From Nemertoderma westbladi (lineage: Eukaryota; Animalia; Xenacoelomorpha), in NCBI GenBank assembly GCA_032718475.1, contig JAUCBJ010005778.1, positions 1-62,694 on the forward strand: a stretch of DNA of 62,694 bases, written 5' to 3'. Below the pieces are notes generated by a model. That model was given only the letters and a program-made list of their open reading frames with translations. It was not told the DNA's origin and made no database searches. Shown in pieces: positions 1-12,492 of the stretch. A program made the translations under genes and the position numbers. Positions within the stretch are counted from its first letter, which is position 1. Every line of letters starts with the position of its first letter.

Positions 1-339
1 TTAGGAAACTACATCAGCTTACCGACAACATATTATATGGCTATAATAACAGTAACAATGAAACTATATCATAGTAGTACCGGACAGGCAGAATGTGGCA
101 TTTGTGGCCACAACTCAAGGTGTACGTATACACCTTGCTACAACTACAGTACTACTCGTCATGCTACATTGCAACTGCTGCTGGTGTAGTTGTGTATGGT
201 GTCTCCAGTTGTTTTCGTGGTAGATATAATTGTAGGTTTCGCAGCTGTGAATAATCTTTATAATTATATACCCCTAGAGCAAGGACCCATCATTTGATAG
301 AATTTAATTGAAAAATAAATAAATCATTTTCTGTTTCAG

Positions 340-3300
340 AATGTGGATGCGAAAAGAAAGGGACGGGATAAATTGAATATTATGAGAGTACTGATGATAA
401 CACATTGGAAAGAATACCTTATTTGCTGCATCTTTAAATGTATTAGTGACGTTTGCCTGTTGGTTAAAATAGTCTTTCTGCAGCGATTCATTGAACACTA
501 TATGGAAATGGAGATAAATGATACAAGAGAAAGAGCATTAATTGATTGCTTAATAATTGGAACAGCTTCCTTTTTATCAATAAGTTCATTAACAATTTCT
601 TCATTCTATGGCAAATTGTTATGGATTAAGATTAAAGTTGGTTGCTGTGCGCTAATTTATAGAAAAGTAATGACATTAAATTCATGCAATATCCAAAATA
701 CAACAATCGGCCAAGTTACTAATTTGTTGTCCTCAGATGTGGGAAGATTTGAGTCATTTGGGATGTTTGCGAATAGTCTGATAGCAACTCCTATTACGGT
801 TATTCTATTGTTCCCTTTAATGTATTTTAATCTGGGATGGTCTGGTATTTTCGGAATGTTCCTCGTAATGTTAGTTTTCCCATTGAGTCTGTTCTTTGCA
901 AAGTTATCATCCATTGTGCGACGAAAAGGTGCAACATTAACTGACCAAAGAATAACTCTGATAAATGAAATAATAGTTGGAATGAAAACAATAAAAGTTT
1001 ATGGATGGGAACAATTATTTGAAGCTGCAGTAAAACGTGTCCGTAATAAAGAAATGTCGCAGATATATAAAATCATGTACTTTCTTTCATCTCACGCTAC
1101 CATTATGTTGGGCTATGTCAATGTTGTTACCTTTTGTATCTTTGTCATGTATACTGGACTTGGATTTCAATTAAACATAACCACAGTACTCAGTTCCAAC
1201 CTTTTATTGATGCATGTAATCACAAGTGTACAAGTATTTGGAGCTGCGCTACGTGAATTGGGTGAACTTACGTGTGTTTTTCAACGAATTGATTCATTTA
1301 TAGGCTTTAGTAACAAATTTTTTGCAGTTGAGGAATTAGAAAAGAAAGGAAAAATGAGAAATATTTCGGAACCCAAAGATATTTTTGTAAATGTAAAAAA
1401 TATTTCAGGAAGATGGTCTTTAAACAACATCTCTTTCAAAGCAGATTTCGGTGAAACAGTTTACATTATGGGTCCAGTAGGTTCTGGAAAGTCCAGCATA
1501 TTGCAGGCGATACTAGGAGAGTGGCCTCCTGATAGTGGATCAATTGAGATAAATGGAAAGTTGGCCTATGTATCTCAAATACCATTCATATTCTCTGGAA
1601 CAATAAGGGAAAATATCTTGCTTGGGCAAATTTTTGAAGGAGATTGGTATGATGAAGTTATTAAACTAAGCTGTTTGTCTCTAGATTTATCACTCTTTAA
1701 AGATGGTGATATGACTTTAGTTGGAGAGAAAGGGATATCATTATCTGGTGGACAAAAAGCTCGTATTGCTTTAGCGAGAGCAGTTTATTCTAGGGCAAAT
1801 ATATACCTTATGGATGATCCTCTTTCAGCTGTAGACAGACGAGTGGCCAGAAACTTGGTCGATAACTGTTTAAAACAATGTCAATCTAAAGGAATTGTCA
1901 TCATGGTCACAAATCTCTTACAACTGATACCTGAAAATGCCAAAACAGTGTCTTTTTTTGACAAAGATGTAACTGAAGTAATAAGAAGTGATTTTTTACA
2001 AACATCGAAATCTACAGAAAAAGATAATGCCGAAATGTATGAATGTGAAATTAGAGAAGATGTTGAAAATCATAAGGTCAATATTGACAATATTCCCCAT
2101 AATAAAGATATAAAAAGAACATTGAAATCCTTACTCTCAATACTTCTCATTTTTATTAAATTTGGTTTAAATATTCCAAATTTTCTAGTATTAGTAACGA
2201 CGGCAATTTTAACATACGTATATTTGTCGCTGTCAGATTATTGGTTGGTAACTTGGGCTACTCATCCACCCCCTAATATAAATGAAAAACCTAATTTTAT
2301 TGACAGTAACACTAATATTATTGACCAACTTATTATTGAGAGCCAGTGGAGTGATATTGTATTTGGATATGGTTATCTGGTGTTTTCATATATAGTATGC
2401 AACATGATCAGTGTGTTTGCACTATATGCTGTTACACTAGGTGCTTCTAACAAATTACATGGCAAAGTTTTCAAAAGTGTTTCCAATGCACCAATGAAAT
2501 TTTTCGAACAGAATCCAGCAGGAGGAATACTTAACCGATTCTCTAAAGATATTGGAATAATGGACAACAGGTTACCTGATTTAATAGCTAGTGTAGTATA
2601 TGCTTTATGTCGTTGCATTCTTGCAATTTTACTTTCATCAATAGCTAATCCATGGACATTATTGATGGCTATCCCTACAATAATCATAACATTTGGTATT
2701 CGTTTTTATATATTGAAAAGTCTCAAACAAGTGAAGTTTATTGAAGGATCAGCAAGAAATCCAATATTTCAACATGCATCTGATACCATGGAAGGCCGTG
2801 ATGTTATAAAAGCATTTGATGCTCAAACGTTTTATGTAAAACGCTTTTTTGGCCACTTAGATGATCATACGGTGTCATTGCTTATGGTTCATGAACTTCA
2901 TACAATACTTCAAATCAGTGCATCTACTCCTTTTACTATTTTTAGCATATTGGTTTTATTACTTTCTTTGTGCATGGATAGCTATGTAGCTAAAGAGATT
3001 TTGTTTGTGGCGGTAATATATGTGTTTGGTATGGTCAATTTTATCACATATTTCATGATAATGACAGCACAACTGGAAATTGACTTAACATCTGTTGAAC
3101 GAGTTCTTGATTACTATAATTTGGATAAAGAGGCACCATTTCACATTTCTAGTACTCAAATTCCAACTAACTGGCCAAATGCTGGATTTATCACTTTTAA
3201 AAATGTGAAGCTAAGTTATGGAGATAATGAGGTACTGCATGGAATAAACTTTCAAACAAGACCTTCTGAGAAAATAGGAATTGTAGGGCGAACTGGAGCT

Positions 3301-3945
3301 GGAAAATCATCATTATTTACAGTGTTACTTCGTCTTGTTGAACCTCAAGGAATAATCATGATAGATGATGTTGATATAACTAAAATTGGTTTGCACAACT
3401 TGCGGAAGTCAATTGCAGTTATTCCACAAGATCCTGTTCTATTTGAAGGCACTTTACAATATAACTTAGATCCTTTTAAAGAGTTTGATAGTATTGAGCT
3501 GATTAGAGTTCTAGAAAGAGTTCAATTGAAAACACCATTGGAAAAGAGGCTTGATTTTAAATATTGTGATGGTGAAATCCATTTGGGACGAAATAACATA
3601 TTGAATTTTCATGTTGATAGTCGTGGAGCAAACCTTAGTGTTGGCGAGAGGCAGTTACTTTGCTTAGCAAGGGCAATGTTGAGAAAATATAGGATTGTTC
3701 TAATTGATGAAGCAACATCTTCTATCGATCACTTTACAGATGAGCTTATACAGTCAGCCATCTCTAAGAATTTTACTGATGCAACGGTTTTGATGATTGC
3801 CCATCGGATAGATACCATCATAAACTGTGATCGAATAATAGTGATGAGTGAAGGAAAAGTAGTGGAATTTGACAAACCAAATATATTAATAGAAAATAAG
3901 AACAGCTTTTTACATTTGGCAGCTAAGAAAGCAAAAAATAATTGA
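340..3945 (+). CDS. ABCC/MRP4-like ABC transporter (TMD1-NBD1-TMD2-NBD2); giant terminal exon, first exon(s) probably upstream of the window
   Basis: 1200-aa uninterrupted ORF. NBD1: GPVGSGKS, LSGGQKAR, YLMDD. NBD2: GRTGAGKS, LSVGERQ, VLIDEATS. ABCC motifs GGILNRFSKD and SVERV. The ORF-track start at 343 is GTG; a pyrimidine tract plus cag acceptor (ttttctgtttcag, ending 339) precedes it in phase 0, and the N-terminal lasso motif is missing. Confidence 0.92.
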   Translation, partial: NVDAKRKGRDKLNIMRVLMITHWKEYLICCIFKCISDVCLLVKIVFLQRFIEHYMEMEINDTRERALIDCLIIGTASFLSISSLTISSFYGKLLWIKIKVGCCALIYRKVMTLNSCNIQNTTIGQVTNLLSSDVGRFESFGMFANSLIATPITVILLFPLMYFNLGWSGIFGMFLVMLVFPLSLFFAKLSSIVRRKGATLTDQRITLINEIIVGMKTIKVYGWEQLFEAAVKRVRNKEMSQIYKIMYFLSSHATIMLGYVNVVTFCIFVMYTGLGFQLNITTVLSSNLLLMHVITSVQVFGAALRELGELTCVFQRIDSFIGFSNKFFAVEELEKKGKMRNISEPKDIFVNVKNISGRWSLNNISFKADFGETVYIMGPVGSGKSSILQAILGEWPPDSGSIEINGKLAYVSQIPFIFSGTIRENILLGQIFEGDWYDEVIKLSCLSLDLSLFKDGDMTLVGEKGISLSGGQKARIALARAVYSRANIYLMDDPLSAVDRRVARNLVDNCLKQCQSKGIVIMVTNLLQLIPENAKTVSFFDKDVTEVIRSDFLQTSKSTEKDNAEMYECEIREDVENHKVNIDNIPHNKDIKRTLKSLLSILLIFIKFGLNIPNFLVLVTTAILTYVYLSLSDYWLVTWATHPPPNINEKPNFIDSNTNIIDQLIIESQWSDIVFGYGYLVFSYIVCNMISVFALYAVTLGASNKLHGKVFKSVSNAPMKFFEQNPAGGILNRFSKDIGIMDNRLPDLIASVVYALCRCILAILLSSIANPWTLLMAIPTIIITFGIRFYILKSLKQVKFIEGSARNPIFQHASDTMEGRDVIKAFDAQTFYVKRFFGHLDDHTVSLLMVHELHTILQISASTPFTIFSILVLLLSLCMDSYVAKEILFVAVIYVFGMVNFITYFMIMTAQLEIDLTSVERVLDYYNLDKEAPFHISSTQIPTNWPNAGFITFKNVKLSYGDNEVLHGINFQTRPSEKIGIVGRTGAGKSSLFTVLLRLVEPQGIIMIDDVDITKIGLHNLRKSIAVIPQDPVLFEGTLQYNLDPFKEFDSIELIRVLERVQLKTPLEKRLDFKYCDGEIHLGRNNILNFHVDSRGANLSVGERQLLCLARAMLRKYRIVLIDEATSSIDHFTDELIQSAISKNFTDATVLMIAHRIDTIINCDRIIVMSEGKVVEFDKPNILIENKNSFLHLAAKKAKNN

Positions 3946-4634
3946 ATCAATGTAATATAGTATCCTAGTCTGTATTCAAAAGTACTCGTAAAATTTGTTT
4001 AACGTTAAATCAATTTTATATGTTGTTGGTTTTAATTGGAATATTTAATTTATTACTGTTCACATATTAGTTTATGTCGTTTTGTGAATGTAGAGAGGGG
4101 ATAACATTTTTATAGTTGTTCTGCAGTAGATGATGATGATTGGCTATCACTAAGGTGCAGTACTGGCGGTACCAACAACATAGCCCCCTCAGATTTCACA
4201 ATCAACATACACACTTTTATTGTTCATACATGTCCTCAGGTTCAATGTCTTGAGCAGGCGTTTGAGGAAAGTCATTGGCTCTCTACTAGAAAGTCATTGG
4301 CTGGTCTTTATCACTAGTAGGCTGCAGGTTGATTGTGCTGATGGAAACAGTATCCATTATTACACGTTCGTGGGGCCTTCGCGCAGCACGAGGCCCAGTT
4401 ATGAGATCCAAATTAAAATTGTGCGACTGTATCACAAAATCAGGTTATGAGAGATTAACCCACACCACCAATTAATCAAAGAAAGGGGGACAGTACGTGT
4501 TCACCCCTTTTAATCTGCACCCCCCCCCCCCCCCTCCCCCCACCCACCAATACATAACCGCGACATCTACCAGCCACGGAAGGGTAGCACGAACTTATTT
4601 CCAAACGCACGTTCAATATGCAAAGCCAGGTGGT

Positions 4635-5093
4635 TTATAGGAATATAATCAATGCAGTACTCGTCTTCATTATAAGCCTCTTTGCGTTCGACCTGTTTTG
4701 TTTTAAAATATATTTATTAAACGCAGGCTGACGCTCTTTATAATAATAATACCTAGGGATGCCAGCTTCCAGACTTTCAATCTTCACTGCCACGCAAACC
4801 CCGCAGAGGAAGTGTTGGTTTGAGAGATCAAGCCCATCGGCAATTGGTGTTTCAATTTCGGTCCAGGAACTCTGACAATGGGAGCATTCAATCTTAGCTG
4901 TGGTCCATTCCCGTGGTTTCGGCTTCCTTTTCTTCGTCCCAATGATAGATTCTTCTGAAGACGTTCGATTCGCTTTCAGTTTATTGTTGGCGTTTGTGTT
5001 TTGAAGTTGTATTCGAGTGGACAGTCGCGCCGGTTTCGAGGTAACCATACCGACCTGTGATAAGCGTTGGTTTTGTTGAGTGCCGGTATTCAT
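4635..5093 (-). mobile_element. Probable LINE ORF1 fragment with partial PHD-like Cys motif
   Basis: Basic N-terminus followed by IECSHCQSSW...HFLCGVC, resembling the second half of PHD fingers in CR1/L2 ORF1 proteins; no other support. Confidence 0.35.
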
Positions 5094-5739
5094 CTTCTCT
5101 CACCTCTTCAATGACAGATGTTGCAAATACTGATAACACGAATAACGGTATATATTTCAATACTTGTCAGTAGCAATATATATAATTTAGATAACTATTT
5201 TATATCTGTACTGTTGAGCAAACTCTACATAAATTCCAACCTGTGTATCGCCGGTAGTGCTGTTGCTGTGCAAGTCTGCAAGTGCTGAAGTGCTAGTTGC
5301 CACCGGTCAGCCGGTACCGGTAGTAGGGTGGTACCTACGGTGCGCACTACAACGGCAGTACAGCAATACGGTGTACCGTGCCAATAACTGAATGATTAGC
5401 GGTAACTATCTAAACTATTATATTATTATTACCGGTGCCGGTATTGGGCTAATTAGGCCTAAACTATAATCACCGCAAGGGTTGCCGGTTGCTTTAATTA
5501 GATTACATGATATGGCATGTCTGCAGTGTATGGTACCGGCTGACCAGTATTGCAGTATTGACTGATTGCAGGATTCTCGATTCAGGGATTGAGTACAGCC
5601 TGACAGTACCGGTACACATGGTACATGCAGACTGCCCCAATGTATTGCAAAATTTGTCAGAAACCCAGCTGATTTATCCTACAGTAATAATAATTTAACG
5701 CATTTTAAATTTGGATAAATAAATTTATTATAACTGCAA

Positions 5740-5972
5740 TAACAGTTACACTGATGCTGCACGAAGGCCCCACGCAAATTCTACTTGGAAAATTTTCAAA
5801 CTTTTGCCAAACAACATGTGTACCAAGTTTGGATAGATTTCATCAAGGATTGGCCGAGTTATTAACGTTTAAAATAAAATACTGAAAAAAAAACGGGACA
5901 GAACGACAGAACGACAGGTTGATTAATGGTACCCCTACGCTAAGGCTCACTCACTTCGTGGCTCGCCCCACA
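5740..5972. repeat. Helentron/HINE-like non-autonomous element remnant
   Basis: Pattern accaagtttgg...short (GACAGAAC)n...ggctcactcacttcgtggctcgcccca resembles non-autonomous Helentron-associated repeats; a similarly organised stretch lies at about 58850-59060. Confidence 0.3.
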
Positions 5973-7570
5973 GTGTCCAGAAAGTTCTGTAAAAGTTTAT
6001 GCATCCTTCAAGGTTCATTTGAATTGCCACCAAGCACTGTCCCTGTCCCCTACTCCTGCCGTATGTTATCTATTGGTGAACTCATAAACCAATGGAAACG
6101 AGATTTTCACTTTCCAAATTCCAATGTTATTGTTGACCGTGTTCTACAAAATGGCAGCCTCTGATTGGTTGTTGGCCGGTTAAAGAATAATGCGCATATG
6201 CCACGTCATCTCCAGTCAGTGTGTTTGTTTGCATTCTCGGAATTTTTCTGTGACATCAGGCAGAATGCAAATAGATTACAGCTAATTCTGCAGTACAGTA
6301 TCTTCCAAACTGCTGGTTGATGATTATCCAATACTTACTGGCCTACCGGTTCTTGGTTGCTGCAGTATAGTTACTTATGTAATTATTGTTTATGTTGTAT
6401 ATAAATTCAAAGATATGTAGACCCATTAATATTGGAAATCAACGTAATTGTTCTTCACATCAATATTGGTGAGGGCTAGTGGATTTAGTAGCCTTTATGG
6501 TTCAATTGAATTGGTGTAGATGTGCTATATTATTTTGGAACCTCAACTTGATAACGTTATTCATGAACAAAATTAACCCCAAAATCAGCAGTTTACGTCC
6601 AATAGTGTATTGCAGTCCTAGTTTTAGAATCAATGTCCCTAAAAGGACATGACTGTGATCTCTCGTAGCCTGATATTGTAATTACTGTCAGACATAGACC
6701 TGTCTGATATCTTGAGCACGACACCTCGAATGGAACTGTCAGCCCTGGCGAGAATCAATCGACTGATAGCACTGGATTTAAGGTGCCTATCCTGCCATAT
6801 TTATCAGACTCCCTATTTGGTCATCCACCGCGCAAGTTTAATTTATATTTTGATGTTACTGACCAAATTTGAGTAAGAATTATGATGTTACCCAAATTGC
6901 TCTGTTAGTATAAATCATAGAAGTTAAAAGCGCGAACAAGCCGATAATGGTCTACACCCGATAATAGATCGAGTTCCAGCGGAATTGAAGCACACTTTTT
7001 GGTTGATGCTATCTTCTCACCGGGAAGATAGCATGGGGGGGAGTGTGAGTGGATTCAATTCCGCCTCACCAAACCCCCATAAAGTGGGAAAGAGCGCCTC
7101 TAAGCAATATTGGGAGCACGAGGTTGATTACCAATATCAACCTCGTGTCACCCCAACAAAGTGGGAAGGAGAAACACACACACAATAGGGGTCAGGGGTT
7201 ACACCCCTGAGAGAGAGGAAAGTAACAGCAGCGGGGGGGGGGGGGGACACCTCCGCAGGGCAGAGGGTGTGAAGTAGGTTACCAGCCAATGGGGGATAGG
7301 AGAGGCATCAGCCAAGTAATAGGGCCAACCCAGTATATTACCGGTTGGTGCTTTCTCATTCAGTCAGTTTACTCAGTCATTAGTTTACCGCGGACCGGCC
7401 ACATAGTTCGACCGTCGTTGCGGTGCTGTATGCATTATCCTACCGGTACCTGTATCTACCAATTATTGCTATCATCTATATTACAATATTATACTTCAGT
7501 TGAACACCGAACTCAGACCTTATATATATTATATCATATCCACCCATCAGCCCGCTGTGATGCGTATTAA

Positions 7571-8020
7571 CTATAACCGGTCGGGATCCATTGATCCCGT
7601 CACAATCTTATTTATTTTAATTTCTTGTGGGACTCTTGTTGTTCGGTACATGTCTACTATGATGGGATAGATGAGCTTTAAACACTCAGGTATTTTAAAG
7701 ACCTCAGGGGGAACACCATCTACTCCACTGGCACGATTGGTCTTAACGCTCTTTGCAGCAGCCTTCACTTCTGCAAAGGAGATATCGCCAATGGGAATAT
7801 CTGGGAGAACAGACTCAGACACTTTTACTTCTATAAAGTTATCAGGCAATACCCTGTCATTATTGAGGAGCTTTTCAAAGTGGGCCTTCCAACCATTGAG
7901 GCGATTGGCTGGTGATTCAGCCTTAACCTTTGTGGTTGGTTGGCTTTTCCGCCCAGTAACAGTGACTGCTGACTGTTGATTAATTGATTCACCAGCCGAT
8001 CGGTAGTCGGCCTACTCAAT
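7571..8020 (-). mobile_element. RTE-clade LINE fragment (pre-RT region)
   Basis: ISFAEVKAAAKSVKTNRASGVDGVPPEVFK matches the N-terminal domain 0 of non-LTR reverse transcriptases; broken frames. Confidence 0.7.
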
Positions 8021-8457
8021 TGTGGTAAGTATTGGTGGGCTGAGTAGCATTTTCTGGTTCAATCAAAGTGTTGTGGATGAGCTACATTATTTTGTAGCGC
8101 CAACTGCGTGAGCTCTAGCATAATTGTTATTCGTTAACAAAATTGTCTATGCAGTTTATCAGCAGTTTATGTCCAACTGTGTACTTTCGTCAGAGTATAT
8201 CGAGTTAACTTATCCATGTCCCTAAAGGACATATCACTGCGTAATGACGTCAAATATGTAGCAGCCAATCACTGCCGATTTTCACATTAGACCTCCCGCG
8301 CTTACTTACACCCGCCATTACGACCGCTTCCTCGTGTTTTTACAAAAAAACACACCCCGCCACTCGATTCAGGGCACCTTCTGACCCCTTATTCAATTGT
8401 TTCTAGCCCAACAATTTTTTCGCGCACCAACCTTATTACTACCAAAAATGTAATTGT

Positions 8458-8596
8458 AACCTGTTCTATTGTCTTTCCTTTGTGTTTTTTAGAATGACAT
8501 GCAACTGTGAAATGCTGCTTTCCCTAAATTGGTATTTTAACATTGATACGAAATATTAATTCGCCGATTTGCGTCAAGTTTCCCCTCCTGTCTCGA
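8458..8596 (+). repeat. Dispersed repeat, copy 1 (second copy at 33370-33540)
   Basis: Shared blocks aacctgttctatt, tttccctaaattg, tttaacattga, taattcgcc, gatttgcgtc in the same order at both sites. Confidence 0.6.
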
Positions 8597-9152
8597 AACT
8601 AAGCATAATCCTACTACATACTACTACTACTATATCATATGTTACTGGATGATAAAGTAACTAACTAATTACGAACCTCCGGATATTTGATCGCAGCTCC
8701 ATATGGCATTCCGTTGCGGGCTACAAAACTTGCTCCGTAGCTGGGATCAGGCAATTTTGATGTCTAGGCTAGGATGATGTATAAAGAGTGACACGACACC
8801 CCCCCCCCCCCCCCCCCCCCCCCCAATCCCAAATACCATATGCTACACACACACTTAGAACCAATAGTCTCACTGTATTCTACATATCGTCCACCGTTAA
8901 ATTAAATTGACATATCATACAGGGAGTTACTGGTTGAATTGCAATATTATATATTACTGCTTCTCCCATTTAAGTTTAGCTTACTACCAGTATGTATTAA
9001 AAATATATAAAATAAATGATGACAAACGGTTGGTACCGGTATCATGCACCTTCTGATTAATACCAGTGTTTAATTAATATTAACAGTGTTATATAGGGTC
9101 TATATCATTATTTATTTACTATCTGTTTGATACAATCTTATTATATTTTATT

Positions 9153-9260
9153 ATGAATACAACCACTATCATTGTTATTGGCGCTGGACCTTCAAGTCTT
9201 TCAGTGAAGGCGTCCTTTAATACAGGCCATGCAGCCGAGATTTGTGCGAAATTAGCGTAG
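9153..9260 (+). pseudogene. 5' stub of a third FMO copy
   Basis: ATG at 9153 gives MNTTTIIVIGAGPSSLSVKASFN...TAG. Nucleotides ttgttattggcgctggaccttca(a)gtctttcagtg are nearly identical to the 5' ends of both FMO genes. The GxGxxG motif is changed to GAGPSS. Confidence 0.75.
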
Positions 9261-9802
9261 ATTTAATGTTTTACAATAGGATATATAGTCAATACAATGC
9301 TTATTATGGGAAGTCAGACACTGTTTGTATCTTATAAGATGAAATATACTTTAGTAAACTATATTTTGTAATTTATTATATTTATACAGATTTATATTTA
9401 TTTTATTTTATTTATATATTTAGACATTTGAAATGGTTTAAAATGAAATAAATACTTAATAAAAATATATTTAATTAAACCTCAATTTATTATCTATATT
9501 ATATATATTATATATACTTATATATCTATATTATCAATAATTTCACCCGGGCGACGACGGTCCGATTATTGATGACAACAATATTACCTACCCAAATCAG
9601 TTAAAAACATTTATTACATACCGGTACTTCCATGCAATATATATTGCAATATCTGCCGGACTATTAGTGTATTATGTTGATTAAATATAAATTATTGCTG
9701 TTACTGTTAATTAATTAAATTATTGTTATTATTGTTTAAAATAGTTATAATTGCCAATCAGTTATTGTTATATATTTTGATCAAATCTTGTTATATCGTA
9801 TC

Positions 9803-11164
9803 ATGACGTCAGCGAGCATCCTTGTTATTGGCGCTGGACCTTCAGGTCTTTCAGTGCTGGATGCCTTTAATAATGCCTCTAAAAAGGGCCATTCTCTCCC
9901 CAAGATAGTTTGCTATGAACGCGCTGCTGAGCCTTTGGGTCAATGGAACGCTTATACATGGAAGACAGGCACAGACGAACACGGCCTACCTGTACACCAG
10001 AGTCAGTATAAGTTTTTGTGGGCTAATGGGCCTAAAGAAGTGTACGAATATCCAGATTATACATACATGGATCATTTTGGGAAAAAGACGCCATCATTTC
10101 CACCAAGAATGGCAATCTGTGATTATTTAAAAGGTAAATTTATCCATGAACAATTTCTACGCTTCATCAATTTCAACACCTACGTGAAATACGTTCGATT
10201 TATTGAAGATAAACATATGTTTGAAGTGAGATCGTTGAATCTATCCACGAAAGAGGAACACTTGGAAAGTTTTGACTACGTGGTTGTTGCTACTGGTCAT
10301 TTTTCGACCCCCAACATGCCGGAATTTGATGGTATGGATACATTCCCTGGTTCGGTTATTCATTCGCACAATTTCAGAGATGCCCGTGTGTACATCGGTA
10401 AACGCGTGCTAATTATAGGTTCCAGTTATTCAGGAGACGATATCGCCATGCAGATCATGAAATTTGGTGCCGGTTCGGCGACCGTGAGTTACCGCACTAA
10501 AGCGCCGAAATATAATTGGCCATCCCCAGAAATTGATGAGAAACCCTTAGTCAAGTCTGTCAAGGGAAAATGTGTGAATTTCATTGATGGATCCTCCAGC
10601 GAATATGATGCTATCATCCTCTGCACTGGGTATCTCCATGATTTTCCTTTTCTTGAAAGAAATCTTCATCTGGAAACAACCAACACATTATACCCACCAC
10701 TCTATAAAGGAGTCGTTTGGATAAATAACCCACAATTGTTTTATGTTGGAATGCAAAACCTATTCTATACCTTCACAATGTTATACGCCCAGGGCACATA
10801 TGTAAAAGATGTTATTCTGGATAACATTCGATTACCTGAGGCCAGCGCCATGTTAGCTGATATGAATGAATGGATTTCGTTATTGAAGAAATGTACAATG
10901 GAAACAGAAATGATAGATTTTCAAACCGATTATGTAGTAAATCTTTCCAAACAGGTGAAGATGCCTTACGATCTGAACGTTTCAGCGCTGTTACACGAAT
11001 ATTTTGCCACCAGGAAGGAAGATATGGGAACTTATAGAGACAAGGCGTATACTTCCATTTTTTCCAAGGAATTGGCTTCGTTACCCACAACTCCATGGTG
11101 GAATTCTATGAATGAATCCAAGGAAGCTTTTGTGCACAATGATCAATCTCTTTATGACAACTGA
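9803..11164 (+). CDS. Flavin-containing monooxygenase, bacterial Tmm/mFMO-type, copy 1 (intronless)
   Basis: First ATG at 9803 (track start 9788 is TTG). FAD motif GAGPSG, LWANGPKE, ATGHFSTP, FMO fingerprint FPGSVIHSHNF, NADPH motif GSSYS, CTGY, LYKGVVW. About 453 aa, no C-terminal membrane anchor. Confidence 0.93.
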   Translation: MTSASILVIGAGPSGLSVLDAFNNASKKGHSLPKIVCYERAAEPLGQWNAYTWKTGTDEHGLPVHQSQYKFLWANGPKEVYEYPDYTYMDHFGKKTPSFPPRMAICDYLKGKFIHEQFLRFINFNTYVKYVRFIEDKHMFEVRSLNLSTKEEHLESFDYVVVATGHFSTPNMPEFDGMDTFPGSVIHSHNFRDARVYIGKRVLIIGSSYSGDDIAMQIMKFGAGSATVSYRTKAPKYNWPSPEIDEKPLVKSVKGKCVNFIDGSSSEYDAIILCTGYLHDFPFLERNLHLETTNTLYPPLYKGVVWINNPQLFYVGMQNLFYTFTMLYAQGTYVKDVILDNIRLPEASAMLADMNEWISLLKKCTMETEMIDFQTDYVVNLSKQVKMPYDLNVSALLHEYFATRKEDMGTYRDKAYTSIFSKELASLPTTPWWNSMNESKEAFVHNDQSLYDN

Positions 11165-12189
11165 AAGTTTCAATAACTATTTAGTCTGCTCCCAGTAATG
11201 ATTTTTGTATTTGTATGTAATAATTATATGGTATTAAATGCTACAGTCTGTTATTGTTTCTCGCCCACCTGCTTTTGTAATATTCATCACTGACCTACAT
11301 ACATAGCTACAAATTATATTATGCATACGACTCCATTCAGAACGAACATATTAATTTTGGAATTACTATGCAACCTTCACTTATCACATTATCAAGAAAT
11401 AAAAGCAGTGTCCTGTGTTACAGAGTTGTGTCAACAATCTACCTCTCATGTCTATTGACACCGACTTCTGAATATCTGACTGAATCCAAATATTCAAAGC
11501 AAAGATTGCTACAATTACAATATCACAGAAATTTCTAATTCGTAATTCTTGTTAAGCTGAAAAATATATAATAAGGTGAATCTACTCATATCAAACCGGT
11601 AATCTGCTCTGTTCAGCCTACATAAATCGGCCTCATCTGTAATGGTTGTCCATTTGTTAAATCAGAATACCGTAGTCGAAGACAGTAGATACGGAAAGAC
11701 TCACCCACCAGTTCTAGTTTTTTCGATGTTTTGAATTAATATTGCAAATTTTCCGAGGAACACGATCAAATTTCCGTTACTATTGAATACACGAGTGGAA
11801 CGGATGTTGAGCAACTTGACCCCGGAATTTCGCAACAGACATGACGTAACTCAACGTTCCCCTTCATACCTTTCTCTCAAATACACCAACCCACACTCCC
11901 CTATGTACCTTGACTTACCTATATTACATGGTGAAGGTATCGTATAATAATTTTTGTGCTTATTTACACTGGATGACGGGGGCGTATTTTTAATTAAAAA
12001 ATAATAATTGTATTGTAAGTAATCATAATGTGAATATTTTTAGAGAAACTTAGTGGGTATACATACAAGCTGTTAGTGCGGTGCGGTGTGGTGGAGGCGC
12101 CAAGGATATAAAATATAGATGTAAAGGGGGGGGGCAATTCCAGGGGCCTTCAATTTCTATTTATAGGCTTACCATGACCTACTGTACTA

Positions 12190-12473
12190 CGCCAGTCCAG
12201 CAGCTCTGCTGCTTAGTGATATTGAGATTGCTCTGCTCTAGCCAATAAGAGCCGAGCACCAGTTAGGCTTGGGTAGCGCTGGTACAGACTGACTCTCTAT
12301 TCTGTACCTACAGACCTACTACTGCCCCATTCCTGTAGTAAGTCACAGCAGTATTGTACCGTGCTGTATTGTACAATAATTATTATATAATATACAATAA
12401 TTATATTCACCTTATCTGGTTGTTACGCAATTAACCTACTGTTAATACCGGGCAGCTTACCATCATATTGGCG
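12190..12473 (+). repeat. 5' LTR (284 bp)
   Basis: cgccagtccagcagctctgctgc...cttaccatcatattggcg, matches 15790-16119. Confidence 0.9.
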
Positions 12474-12492
12474 TGGTGGCAGCGATAGGGTT
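12474..12492 (+). promoter_or_regulatory. Primer-binding site, tRNA-Leu-like
   Basis: tggtggcagcgatagggtt lies directly after the LTR. It starts with TGG (complement of CCA) and resembles TGGTGGCAGCGGTGGGATT, the complement of the metazoan tRNA-Leu 3' end. Confidence 0.7.

Noticed and set aside
6380-7000. Decayed APE endonuclease on the minus strand
   Set aside because: Only weak motif echoes (IIILTQIW) with many stops.
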